Shown here piece after piece: positions 11,550 through 21,638 of a DNA stretch of 64,000 nucleotides. The DNA comes from Spirochaetia bacterium (GTDB lineage Bacteria; Spirochaetota; Spirochaetia; DSM-16054; Sediminispirochaetaceae): positions 544,001 through 608,000 of the forward strand of contig JAXHMY010000001.1 in NCBI GenBank assembly GCA_034520965.1. Direction: 5' to 3'. Each line of letters starts with the position of its first letter. Position 1 is the stretch's first letter. A model generated the notes under the pieces. The model was not told the origin of the DNA. It saw only the letters and a program-made list of their open reading frames with translations, and did not search any database. Both the position numbers and the translations under genes were made by a program.

Positions 11550-11726
11550 CTAATCCGTTTTCGTTTCTGAGGCTACTGTTTCTAGAAAATCGACCAATTC
11601 CTGCTCCAGTTGTTCCAATTTATGCTCTAAGCTCGATATTCGCTCCAAAGCGTTGCTGGAGACTACCTCTTCTAGCCTTTGAAAAGAGTCTTCAATCATT
11701 ACTTCAAAACCTTCGGTGGTCTCCAT
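11550..11726 (-). CDS. Small 58-aa acidic coiled-coil protein (not in the ORF track)
   Basis: METTEGFEVMIEDSFQRLEEVVSSNALERISSLEHKLEQLEQELVDFLETVASETKTD*, preceded by TTGATT-18-TATAAT. Confidence 0.55.
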   Translation of the reverse strand: METTEGFEVMIEDSFQRLEEVVSSNALERISSLEHKLEQLEQELVDFLETVASETKTD

Positions 11727-11771
11727 GGCTTTAATTATACGTGTCTCTTATCGCTGCAATCAAGCTCTTAC

Positions 11772-11909
11772 TAGCGGATTTAAATTTTGGAAGTCTTCGA
11801 CTTCCAGATTTAGACTTCGCATCAGTTTCTTTGCAAATCTTTATATATCTCAACCTTTAGGCATTCTCACTTTGGATAGCGTGATTACACTGTTCAAGAC
11901 GAGTAGCTG
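11772..11909 (+). repeat. MITE-like structured repeat, degenerate copy A (~138 bp)
   Basis: Aligns along its length with the reverse complement of 34828..34972. Confidence 0.8.
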
Positions 11910-12661
11910 AGCTCAACTTCCAAGCCGTCACAGGCCGGCTCAATACCCTCCGGAAGCTGGTGTGACAGAATACGGTGTTCCACATTATGGCAAAGATGGG
12001 TCAAAAACGCCCGTCCCGGGGCAATTTGCTGAATCGTCTCTAAGGCCTGATTTATACTGAAGTGGGTTGGATGGGGTCGATAACGAAGTGCATCGATTAT
12101 TAGTACATCCAAACCTTCCAACATCGGGTAACTTGCATCGGGAATGGAACTGCAGTCGGTCAAATAGGCACACGGGCCTATACGATACCCCAAAATAGGC
12201 AGGCTGCCGTGAAGTACCGGTATAGGCTGCACCCTCACATCGGCAAAGTCCACCGCTTCCCGGCCCAGGGTATTCATGTGGATTCTGGGCACTCCCCCTC
12301 CCTGCCCCGGCCGGCTGAATATATAGCTGAACCTTGTTTCTATTTCTTTTCTGGTATCCGGGTCGGCAAAAACTTCAATCGGCTTGTGATGGCTCAATGG
12401 ACGTAAATCGTCGAGCCCATGCACATGGTCGGCATGGGCATGAGTGAAGAATCTGCCTGTCTATCCCTGTATACCGGCCTCGAGGGCCTGTAATCTAAAC
12501 TCGGTGGCTGTATCAATCAACAGACTGCTCTCTGCAGTTTGAATGAGCACTGATGCACGCGTTCGCCGGTTTTTAGGATTGCTGGACGTACAGACCGGAC
12601 AGCTGCATCCAATTACAGGAACGCCGCTGGAGGTACCTGAGCCTAAAACCCTTATTTTCAT
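11894..12661 (-). CDS. MBL-fold metallo-hydrolase (PhnP-like), frameshift near 12450
   Basis: LGSGTSSGVPVIGCSCPVC, THAHADHVHG, AYLTDC, THLCH. Confidence 0.9.
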
Positions 12662-12702
12662 GTACAACTCCTCATTCTAAAAGACTATAGAACCTGTCAA
12701 AC

Positions 12703-13980
12703 CTATAAGACCGGTCGCTGAAAACCTGTTTGCTGGGCGGCAAACAGGGAATCGAGATAAGCCGCACCATGTTCAAAGCTCTCATTGTCCATTCCTAATA
12801 AGGAGAGCCGAAAATAGTTGCGCAATTCCGGAGAAAAGGAAAAGTTCTTACCCTCCGCCCATGGGGGGGCGGATACTTCCATCGGTATTTCGGTTCTAAT
12901 CCACAAGTTGTACCCCCCCTGCTTCCAATCGAGGTGCAGATAAGAGTACTTTGAAAGAATTCCGGTGATTCTTTTCTTACGCTGCTCTAGAACACGCGTA
13001 CAATGCCCTATATGTTGATCTAACCGGCCTGATTGGATAAAGCGGGTCAAAAATTTCTGCATTAGCGCGGTCGTTCCTATATCAGCTGAATACTTTTTAT
13101 ACAACACCTGACTGTATAAATCAGGAGGTACCGTCATAAACCCAAGCCGAATGCCCGGGGCGGTTACCTTAGACAAGCTTTTGATATAGATAGTCCTTTC
13201 AGGTATGAGATCAACAAACCGCACAGGAGTGCGATCGAGATACTCGGATAAATAGTCATCCTCAATGAGAATTAGATCGTGGACCTCGGCAATTTCGGCT
13301 ATTTGTTCAATTTTTTCTTTTGAATAACTGATACCGGTAGGATTATGGACCTCCGGCATAGTATAAAAAAAGCGGGCTCCCTCGGCGGCCAGTTTTTTCA
13401 GCACCTGTAAGTCCGGACCATCCTGCAGCAGAGGTACAAACTTGGTAGGCTTAAAAACCGAAATGGCTCCCGAATAAGTTGGATCCTCGAACACCATCTG
13501 TTCGGATATCTTGAGATTGTAAAGGCTGCTGCATAGGTTAAGACCCTGCTGAGCCCCGCTGATAATCAACGTGGTAGCCGCGGGTACCCGATACCGCTCC
13601 GAGAGAACTTGGACTAATTCGGCCTCGCCGCCAATCGGTCCTGAACCAAACAAACCCTCCTCTTCCCGAAATAGGTCCTGCATAATATCTGCAGCATCCC
13701 GGGTGGGAAAAAGATCCGCTGACACATACGCCGAATGAAAGGGATATATCCGATTACTCTCGGGGGCACTGTGCTCCGGATACCGGACAAAGGAACCGCT
13801 TCCAACTCTATTTTCAATATAGCCATTTGCCTTAAGACGGTCATAAGCTTTTTTCACCGTCAGTTTATTACAACCCCGTTGTTCAGCTATATCGCGAATT
13901 GAAGGTAAACGAGCCCCGGGAGAAAATCGTCCATCCTTTATAGATTGCCTTATTTCGTAGATATCCTCGTACAGGGTCAT
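12703..13980 (-). CDS. MocR/GabR-type GntR regulator with PLP-aminotransferase domain
   Basis: RLPSIR..TVKKAY..GSGSFV; SGAQQG, HNPTG, IEDD, SLSK..PGIRLG. Confidence 0.9.
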   Translation of the reverse strand: MTLYEDIYEIRQSIKDGRFSPGARLPSIRDIAEQRGCNKLTVKKAYDRLKANGYIENRVGSGSFVRYPEHSAPESNRIYPFHSAYVSADLFPTRDAADIMQDLFREEEGLFGSGPIGGEAELVQVLSERYRVPAATTLIISGAQQGLNLCSSLYNLKISEQMVFEDPTYSGAISVFKPTKFVPLLQDGPDLQVLKKLAAEGARFFYTMPEVHNPTGISYSKEKIEQIAEIAEVHDLILIEDDYLSEYLDRTPVRFVDLIPERTIYIKSLSKVTAPGIRLGFMTVPPDLYSQVLYKKYSADIGTTALMQKFLTRFIQSGRLDQHIGHCTRVLEQRKKRITGILSKYSYLHLDWKQGGYNLWIRTEIPMEVSAPPWAEGKNFSFSPELRNYFRLSLLGMDNESFEHGAAYLDSLFAAQQTGFQRPVL

Positions 13981-13992
13981 ACTTTCCTCATT

Positions 13993-14020
13993 GTGATCAA
14001 ATTTCAGTGATCAAATTTCA
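13993..14020. repeat. 14-bp direct repeat (GTGATCAAATTTCA)x2
   Basis: Exact tandem between the phoH stop and the MocR RBS. Confidence 0.9.
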
Positions 14021-14023
14021 GGC

Positions 14024-15331
14024 CTAGAGTAGTTCTGCGGCTTGCTCAGCCAATAAGCTGCGCTCTGAATGCTCGAGTACTACATGCCCAAAATTTTTCT
14101 GCCCTTTAAATGCTTCAACCAGATAGCTGAGACCATTCGAGCTGCTGTCAAGATAGGGACTGTCTATTTGATACGGATCGCCGGTTAACACAACTTTCGT
14201 ATCCTCACCGGCCCGACTTACAATAGTCTTGATTTCATGGGAGAAAGGTTTTGAGCTTCGTCAATTATTATGTAGAGGTTGGGCAGCGAACGCCCTCGAA
14301 TATAAGTTAATCGCTTCGATTTCAACCTGGTTGCTTCCAATTATGGAGTCGAGAGTTCTGAGATTCGGTCTTTTATGGACCGCTAAAATATACTCCATAT
14401 TATCGAACAGGGGCTGCATCCAATGGGAGAGTTTTTCCTCCTTAGCTCCGGGCAAATAACCAATATCTTTTCCCAGAGGCATCACCGGACGCGAGATGAG
14501 TACCCGCTTATATGCACTGTCGTCGAAAACTTTTTTCAACCCCGCCGCGATTGCTAAGAGCGTTTTACCGGTACCGGCCTTTCCCATCATTGTAACCAGG
14601 CTTACCGATTCATCAAGCAGCAATTCAAAGGCCATTTCCTGCTGAATATTGAGCGGTTTAACCCCGCTGATACTTCCGGGAATAGGAAAAATTGCCTTTA
14701 GCTCTTTACTGTCGGACTGAAACCGCCCTAAAGAGGGGTTCTCATGTTCTTTATCGTTAAGAATCACAAATTCATTCGGGTGCAGTTCTTCATTCCAGGG
14801 AATCCGCTCTTCCGACTGCAGTTCCTCATAGGTATCAAGAGAGATATCACCGGTCCGAAAACCCTGGTACAGCTGGGCAATATCTACCTTCTGCTTTTCG
14901 TAATCCACTGCCTTCAACCCCAGGGCTGTAGCCTTTACCCGGGCATTGATATCTTTGGACACAAAGAACACTCTACGTCCCCTCCTTTGCAAAGTAAGGG
15001 CGGTGAGCAGAATTTTATTGTCAGGCTTGTCGGCAATCAGGTCCACCTGTATATCGTGGTCATAATCGAGTAACACCTTGAGGGTCGATCCGTTTTCCAT
15101 TTTCACGCCCTGGTGGATATCACCCTGCTTGGCAAGCTGATCTAAAAACCGTATCGCGTGACGAGCATTCCGTCCGCGTTCGGCACTGGAGGTCTTAAGG
15201 TTGTCAAGCTCCTCCAAAACCCACAATGGAACTACTACTTCGTTGTCTTTAAATGAAAGGATTGCATCCGGCTTGTGGATAAACACGTTTGTATCAATAA
15301 CAAAAGTTTTTATGCGGGTATCATTTTTCAT
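14024..15331 (-). CDS. PIN-PhoH (PhoH2-type) protein, frameshift near 14300
   Basis: FVIDTNV PIN motif, SKDINARVKA, GKAGTGKT, GYLPG..EK. Confidence 0.9.
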
Positions 15332-15450
15332 TACAGCCACCTCTCTATCAATGTATAAGTAACTGCAACTATTTTCCAGACTGAAGCTAGAAAATGGTGA
15401 GAATGCGGTATAGTTTTTTAAAAATGAACAGACAAAAAAACAGGAAACAG

Positions 15451-15487
15451 AAAAATGGCCGTCCCGCATGTCATGTGCAGGACGACC
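15451..15487 (-). terminator. Intrinsic terminator after hydA
   Basis: GGTCGTCCTGCA-7-TGCGGGACGGCC followed by ATTTTT on the minus strand. Confidence 0.75.
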
Positions 15488-15496
15488 CGCTATTAC

Positions 15497-17249
15497 TTAT
15501 ATTTGATACAGTGGTCGTGGAGTGTACTTTGTGTGCAGCAAATCGTGAGATTTTTTGCTCAGCGGTTCGCCGAGAAATTCTTTATAAATCTGCTGGATCT
15601 CCGGATTCAAGTGGGAAGCCCTAACTTCCGACTTCTCATCATCCTTGTACAAACCGGCGATTCGTTTTGCCCGTATCTCATCGGTAGTACCGTAGGGCTG
15701 GCCGCCACCGGCGATACAGCCACCTCGACAGGCCATTACTTCAATAAAGTGGTATGGGGGCTCTTTCCCCTCCGCTTTAGCCTTCTGTACCTCACGCAGC
15801 ACAGTGCTTACGTTGGCCATTCCGTGGGCTACGGCAACCCGAATTTTCTTACCCTCAATGTCGACTTCGCCGGATCGTACCCCGTCCATTCCGCGTACAG
15901 CTTCGATGTTCATATCCGGAAGCTCTTTTCCGGTTACAAAGTTGTAGGCTGTCCGCAGGGCAGCTTCCATAACTCCACCGGTATTTCCGAAGATGGTACC
16001 GGCACCGGAGTACTTACCAATGGGGCTGTCTGCAGCTTCATCGGGCAACGTGTCAAAATCGATTCCGGCCGATCGAATGAGACGGGCCAGCTCACGGGTA
16101 GTGAGTACTACATCCACATCCTGCTCGCCGGAGGAGTACATCTTCTCACAACGGGTGATTTCATACTTTTTCGCAGTACAGGGCATAATGGCCGCCGAAT
16201 ATATTTCTTTCGGTGATTTTTTTATTTTCTCGGCGTAATAGGTTTTTGTAACAGCACCCTGCATCATCATAGGAGATTTTGCAGTTGAAAAATTGGGGAT
16301 CATATCGGGAAAGTATTTTTCCATATAGTCGGTCCAGGCAGGGCAGCAGCTGGTCAGCTGCGGCATTTCACCGGAACCTTCGGTCAGGCGCTGCACAAAC
16401 TCGGTAGCCTCTTCCATGATAGTCAGGTCGGCTGCAAAGTTGGTATCAAATACCGCGTCCACACCCAAACGGCGCAGGGCGGAATAGATTTTACCGGTAG
16501 AAATTTCACCGGGCTCATAGCCGAAGGCTTCACCTAATGCTACACGAACCGCCGGCGCAATCTGCACTGCAACGTACTTAATTCTCATCCCGGATTGCCC
16601 CTAGCAGTATGCCGGTTTCATCTTTCTCATAAATAGCACCTACCGGGCAATGGGCCGAACACTGTCCACATTTGATACAGGGGCTATCGGCCAGGGCCGC
16701 ATCGGCGGCCGGAGCAATACGGGTGTTTTCTCCACGCCCCACAAACTCAAGTGCCCACACGTCCTGCAGCATCTGACACACATTTGCGCAGCGGCCGCAG
16801 TTTACGCACTTCTCAGGATTCAAAATGATTGATGGTGTCGAATCGTCTTTAGGTAAATCACGCAAACGAACCTCGTAGGGCTGTTCACGAATACCATAGT
16901 TCGCTGCCAGAGACTGGAGCTCACAATTCTGATTCCGTCCGCACATGAGACAATCGTTGGGGTGGGTCGATAAGATGAGTTCAATCACCGTTTTCCGAAT
17001 TTGGTGCAGCTCAGGATCATGGGTAATAATACCCATCCCCTCCGACACAGCAGTAGCACAGGCACGCATCATTTTAGGGGAGTTTTCCAACTTTACCACA
17101 CAGATACCACACGCCGCCCAAGCCGGCAGGTCTGAATGGTAGCAGAGTTTCGGGATATTGATATTCATTTTTTTAGCCGCAGCCAGGATGGTAATACCTG
17201 CTTCCACCTCGACCGGCTCGCCGTTTATTTTTATGTTTACAGTTTTCAA
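15497..17249 (-). CDS. hydA: [FeFe]-hydrogenase catalytic subunit, frameshift near 16585
   Basis: H-cluster motifs TSCCPAW, MPCTAKKYE, EVMACRGGCIAGGGQP; N-terminal 2Fe-2S, His-ligated 4Fe-4S and 2x4Fe-4S. Confidence 0.95.
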
Positions 17250-17261
17250 CTGGTTCCTCCT

Positions 17262-17330
17262 TAGTTTCGTATGCCGCTTCGCGGCAACCGAAACGATGAA
17301 AATAGCCGGATACGGCTATTTTCTTAATAG
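17262..17330 (-). repeat. Double-hairpin dispersed repeat, copy 1
   Basis: Reverse complement matches 31574..31637 and 54118..54186. Confidence 0.9.
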
Positions 17331-17340
17331 TTAAAGGTTC

Positions 17341-19131
17341 TTATCGTACGTACACCGCATCAAACTTACATACGTTGTAACATTCACCGCACTTAATACA
17401 GAGTTCCTGATCAATTGAGTGCAGCTGCCTAATTTCACCGCTAATTGCATTTGTAGGACAGCGGCGGGCACATAAGCCACACCCGATACACTTGTCAGGA
17501 AGGATATGGTAGGTAATCAACTTCTTACAGTGTCCGGCGGGACAGCGTTTATCCTTGATGTGAGCCTTATACTCATCTTCAAAATAGGTGATGGTAGAAA
17601 TAATCGGGTTCGGCGCCGTTTGACCAAGACCACATAATGAGGCCTTCTGGGTGGCGTGGGCGATCGACTTTATTTTGTCAAGATCTTCCATTTCACCTTC
17701 ACCCTCGGTAATGCGCTCAAGTATGTTGTACAGGGTACGTCCGCCGACTCGGCAGGGAGCACACTTACCACAAGACTCATCAACGGTAAATCCGAGGTAG
17801 AATTTAGACACGTCGACCATACAGTCATCCTCGTCCATTACAATCATACCACCGGAGCCCATAATTGAGCCTAGCTTCTGCAGGTGTACATAATCTATAG
17901 GAGTATCGAGATAGTCCTTGGTAATAACCCCACCGGAAGGTCCGCCGGTTTGCACCGCCTTAAACTCCTTCCCGTTGGGAATTCCACCACCGATATCAAA
18001 TACAATTTCACGGAGGGTGGTGCCCATGGGAACTTCCACTAAACCGGAGTTTCTAATTTTTCCGGTAAGAGCAAATACCTTTGTCCCCTTGGAATCCTCC
18101 GTACCAATTTTAGAGAACCACTCTCCACCCTTCATGAGGATAATGGGAATATTCGCCCAGGTCTCTACGTTGTTGATAACCGTAGGCTGGTCAAACACAC
18201 CCTTAGTAGCCGGAAAGGGAGGCCGGGGGGTCGGCATACCGCGCTCACCTTCTATGGAACGGAGAAGAGCTGTCTCTTCACCGCAGACAAAGGCACCGGC
18301 ACCCAAGCGAATCTCAATATCGAAATTAAACCCGGTATCAAGAATGTTGTCACCCAGCAGACCGTATTCACGGGCTTGGGCCATTGCAATTTTCAGCCGA
18401 TTAATGGCCAGAGGATATTCTGCACGTATGTAGATGTAGCCGAAATTAGCACCAACGGTATACCCGGCAATGGTCATGGCTTCAAGAATACTGTGGGGGT
18501 CACCTTCGAGGGTACTGCGGTCCATGTAGGCACCCGGGTCGCCTTCGTCGGCGTTACACACAATGTATTTCTGGTCATTTTCAACCTGTTTGGTAAAATT
18601 CCACTTCATCCAGGTAGGAAAACCCGCCCCTCCGCGTCCGCGCAGACCTGAGGTTTTCAGTTCCTCGATAATATCTTCGGGCTTCATCTCGAAAAGAACC
18701 TTTTCAAGGGCGACATACCCGTCTCGACCAAGGTACTCGTTGATATCCTCGGGGTTTATCACACCACAATTACGCAGCACAACTCGAACCTGTTTCTGAT
18801 AAAAATCCATCTCATCAATTTGAGCCCGTTTCTTGCTCTCGGCTTTATCGTACAACAGGCGGGTAACCTCGCGACCCTTTACAATGTGCTCAGACACAAT
18901 CTCTTTTGCATCCTCGGGTGTTGCCTGAACATAAAAAGACTCTTCGGGGAGCACTTTTATAATTGGTCCTTGTTCGCAGAAACCGAAACATCCGGTTTTC
19001 ACAACCTGAACCTTGTCCCGCACTCCCTGACTCTCACACTCGTGCATCAGATTTTTATAGATTTTGTCCGACTTGGATGATTCACATGCGGTTCCACCAC
19101 AGACAAGAATAAAATTAGTAAATGCCGCCAT
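17341..19131 (-). CDS. hydB: NADH-binding NuoF-like hydrogenase subunit (HydB/HndC)
   Basis: SGLRGRGGAGFPT, CNADEGDPGA, GAGAFVCGEET, ESCGKCAPCRVG, C-terminal 2x4Fe-4S. Confidence 0.95.
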   Translation of the reverse strand: MAAFTNFILVCGGTACESSKSDKIYKNLMHECESQGVRDKVQVVKTGCFGFCEQGPIIKVLPEESFYVQATPEDAKEIVSEHIVKGREVTRLLYDKAESKKRAQIDEMDFYQKQVRVVLRNCGVINPEDINEYLGRDGYVALEKVLFEMKPEDIIEELKTSGLRGRGGAGFPTWMKWNFTKQVENDQKYIVCNADEGDPGAYMDRSTLEGDPHSILEAMTIAGYTVGANFGYIYIRAEYPLAINRLKIAMAQAREYGLLGDNILDTGFNFDIEIRLGAGAFVCGEETALLRSIEGERGMPTPRPPFPATKGVFDQPTVINNVETWANIPIILMKGGEWFSKIGTEDSKGTKVFALTGKIRNSGLVEVPMGTTLREIVFDIGGGIPNGKEFKAVQTGGPSGGVITKDYLDTPIDYVHLQKLGSIMGSGGMIVMDEDDCMVDVSKFYLGFTVDESCGKCAPCRVGGRTLYNILERITEGEGEMEDLDKIKSIAHATQKASLCGLGQTAPNPIISTITYFEDEYKAHIKDKRCPAGHCKKLITYHILPDKCIGCGLCARRCPTNAISGEIRQLHSIDQELCIKCGECYNVCKFDAVYVR

Positions 19132-19526
19132 TACTGATTGCCTCCCTCTTCCACAATATCAGCCGCCGGACGGTCAAATACATGCTCATTGACCATCGTT
19201 TTGTGCATAACGTGCTTACGGACAATCTTGCGTGCAACCTCCGGATCGACCTTTCCATAGATCACATCCGGCATTTCCGGCATGACAACTTCGACCGTCG
19301 GTTCCGCATAACACAAGCCCATACAGCCGGTTTGTGTAACCCGAACAGTACTCAATTCATGTTCTTCCAATTCTTGAATAAAAGCCTCTAAGGTATCCTT
19401 TGCACCGGCGGCGATACCACAAGTACCCATTCCCACTATTATTTGAATATCTTTGTTATCCGTGTTGCGACGGGATAGGCTCTGTTTTTGCTCTTCCCGC
19501 AGCTTTCTTAATTCTTCAAGGTTCAT
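19131..19526 (-). CDS. Thioredoxin-like [2Fe-2S] ferredoxin subunit (HydD/HndB-like)
   Basis: VGMGTCGIAAGA, QTGCMGLCYAEP. Confidence 0.9.
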   Translation of the reverse strand: MNLEELRKLREEQKQSLSRRNTDNKDIQIIVGMGTCGIAAGAKDTLEAFIQELEEHELSTVRVTQTGCMGLCYAEPTVEVVMPEMPDVIYGKVDPEVARKIVRKHVMHKTMVNEHVFDRPAADIVEEGGNQ

Positions 19527-19542
19527 AACTTGCTCCTTTTCA

Positions 19543-20118
19543 CTATTTCTTTCGGCTTACAGCCTGCTCTTCCGAAATACCTTCCTGGGACCGTACATAT
19601 GTCCGCAGCAGCCGTAAAGATCCTGAAGTTTCAAAACCTCCCACTGCCTCGGATAATTCCGACCTGGTGAGGGAGTAGGAATATATATCAGCACCATTGT
19701 TGAACTTCCGGTTGATAACCATCTCATGCTCTCCCGGATAGGTAAGAGCGGCCAAAAAAGTATTTGCCGCACTCCCAACTGGGGGGGTATCGATATTGCT
19801 TTTATCAAACTGGAACTTCACGGAGGTTCCTTGCCCCTCTCGAGAGTCAATCTCGAACTCGCCTCCGGATTGCTCTATTGCCTGGGTGAGAAACGCCAAG
19901 CCCAATCCAACATTACGCTCTGAGTGCTTTATACCATCGGTAAAAAAAGGGTCTTTTGCCTTTTTCAATTGTTCGGTACTCATTCCGGAACCGTTATCCG
20001 CAACAAATACGGTTAAATCTTTCTCGGTTTCGAAAAAATCGAACATCACAAGCGCAGCCTGTGCTTCAATCGAGTTTTGTACCAGATCCAAAGCAAAATC
20101 ACAGATGGTACGGTGCAT
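19543..20118 (-). CDS. Stand-alone HATPase_c (histidine-kinase-like ATPase)
   Basis: DLVQNSIEA, ADNGSGM, DPFFT, GLGL, DSREGQGT; no HisKA domain. Confidence 0.85.
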   Translation of the reverse strand: MHRTICDFALDLVQNSIEAQAALVMFDFFETEKDLTVFVADNGSGMSTEQLKKAKDPFFTDGIKHSERNVGLGLAFLTQAIEQSGGEFEIDSREGQGTSVKFQFDKSNIDTPPVGSAANTFLAALTYPGEHEMVINRKFNNGADIYSYSLTRSELSEAVGGFETSGSLRLLRTYVRSQEGISEEQAVSRKK

Positions 20119-20603
20119 TATTTCTCCTGGTATTTCGCAAGTATTTCAGTAAGTCGATCTTTAGTCAGTTTACCGAATACGTCTTCACCGACGATAAGTA
20201 CCGGTGCTAGACCACAGGCGCCTACACAGCGCACCGCTTCGATAGAAAACTGACCGTCTGAAGTTACCTGATTTACACCGATACCTAGAACCGACTCCAA
20301 CTCATTCAGAATATCCTCGCCACCCTTGAGGTAGCATGCAGTACCCATACATACCTGTATATTGTACTTTCCGGGTTTATTGAGTTTGAAGTAGTGATAA
20401 AACGTGATGACTCCGTAAATTTTTGCCAACGGAACATTCATAATTTTGGCCACTTTCTTCGCTGCTTCACGCGGAATAAAACCAAACTCTTCCTGTACTT
20501 TGTGTAGGATCATGATGAGATTGCCCGGTTTCTCACGCCACGTTTCCATGTGATCTAATAGTTCTTGGGAAAACGTAATCTCAGCATCGCTTTTCACAGC
20601 CAT
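20118..20603 (-). CDS. hydC: NuoE-like [2Fe-2S] hydrogenase subunit (HydC/HndA)
   Basis: VCMGTACYLKG, RCVGACGLAP. Confidence 0.93.
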   Translation of the reverse strand: MAVKSDAEITFSQELLDHMETWREKPGNLIMILHKVQEEFGFIPREAAKKVAKIMNVPLAKIYGVITFYHYFKLNKPGKYNIQVCMGTACYLKGGEDILNELESVLGIGVNQVTSDGQFSIEAVRCVGACGLAPVLIVGEDVFGKLTKDRLTEILAKYQEK

Positions 20604-20784
20604 GGAACCTCCATTTCATGCGGCACCCTGGGGGTGCAGTATTGTTCTGTATTTGTATGTACCAAGATAGTAGAAAATAATTAAAAAAAAATCAATAAAA
20701 AAAGCACTATTAGAATCGGATATTGTGATTTTTTTAAGTTTTAATTGATTTTTCACCGGTTTCCTACTATTATGAAACAAGTTA

Positions 20785-20802
20785 ATGTGAACTCTCGCAC
20801 AT
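20785..20802. promoter_or_regulatory. Candidate Rex operator ATGTGAACTCTCGCACAT
   Basis: Partial match to TTGTGAAnnnnTTCACAA in the AT-rich hyd/rex intergenic region. Confidence 0.4.
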
Positions 20803-20938
20803 ATATAATTAAAACTACATCTTGTAGCTTTATTATATGTGAAACCGGCATATTTAATTTGTATGTCTAAAAGTGATTGACTCACATTTAAAATTATAAC
20901 AGATTTTATCAAGAAATCTACTGCTAACTGGGGATATT

Positions 20939-21630
20939 ATGAATAAAGACTTTATATTACGACTGACAAAGTACAAAAGGCTGCTCTATAAATTAAAAGC
21001 TCTAGGCTTTGAACGTGTCTTTTCCAACAACCTGGGGGATGCTATTGGAGTAACCCCGGCACTTGTCCGAAAAGATTTTTCAACCCTTAGCCTGCCCGGA
21101 AATAAGCGTGGAGGCTACAATGTCGACACTTTACTTGAAAAACTAGCGATAAAATTCTGGGTCGCGACCGAGCTCAGCATGTAGTGGTGGTTGGCTGCGG
21201 CCGTATCGGAACCGCCCTAATGGAGTACAGCGGTTTCAATACCGACGGTATTGAAATTGTAGCCGGATTTGATACACACCCCGAGAATGTCCACAACACC
21301 AGCGGAGTCCCAATTTACGGGATGGACAAACTCAATGAGTACGTTCGAGAGAACGATACAAAGGTCGCCATTATAGCAGTCCCTGATTCTGAGGCCTCTA
21401 AAGTACTGGACCGTCTCATCGATGCCGGTATCCGAGGCATTCTTAACTTTGCGCCGGTCGAACTAAAATGCACACGCCACGATTGTCCCGGCAGCACCAC
21501 CATCCATAACGTGAACATTGCCCTTGAGCTTGAACACCTGTTTTATCAGGTAAACAGCCAGGAAGCCGAAGAAGAGGAAAAGCAAGCGGCTGGAGAGGAA
21601 ACCGCCGAATACCCGGACAGCGACGCATAG
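20939..21630 (+). CDS. rex: Redox-sensing repressor Rex, frameshift near 21150
   Basis: RL..Y, VRKDFS..GNKRGGY, VVGCGRIGTAL, GILNFAP. Confidence 0.93.
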
Positions 21631-21638
21631 GACTTGCA

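Noticed and set aside
14024..15331. PIN domain as a toxin-antitoxin or defence system
   Set aside because: Standard PIN-PhoH fusion with no antitoxin gene or defence context
15455..16216. Long antisense ORFs (also 53497..54132, 5563..6105, 61079..61768)
   Set aside because: Shadows of conserved genes on the opposite strand, with no motifs of their own
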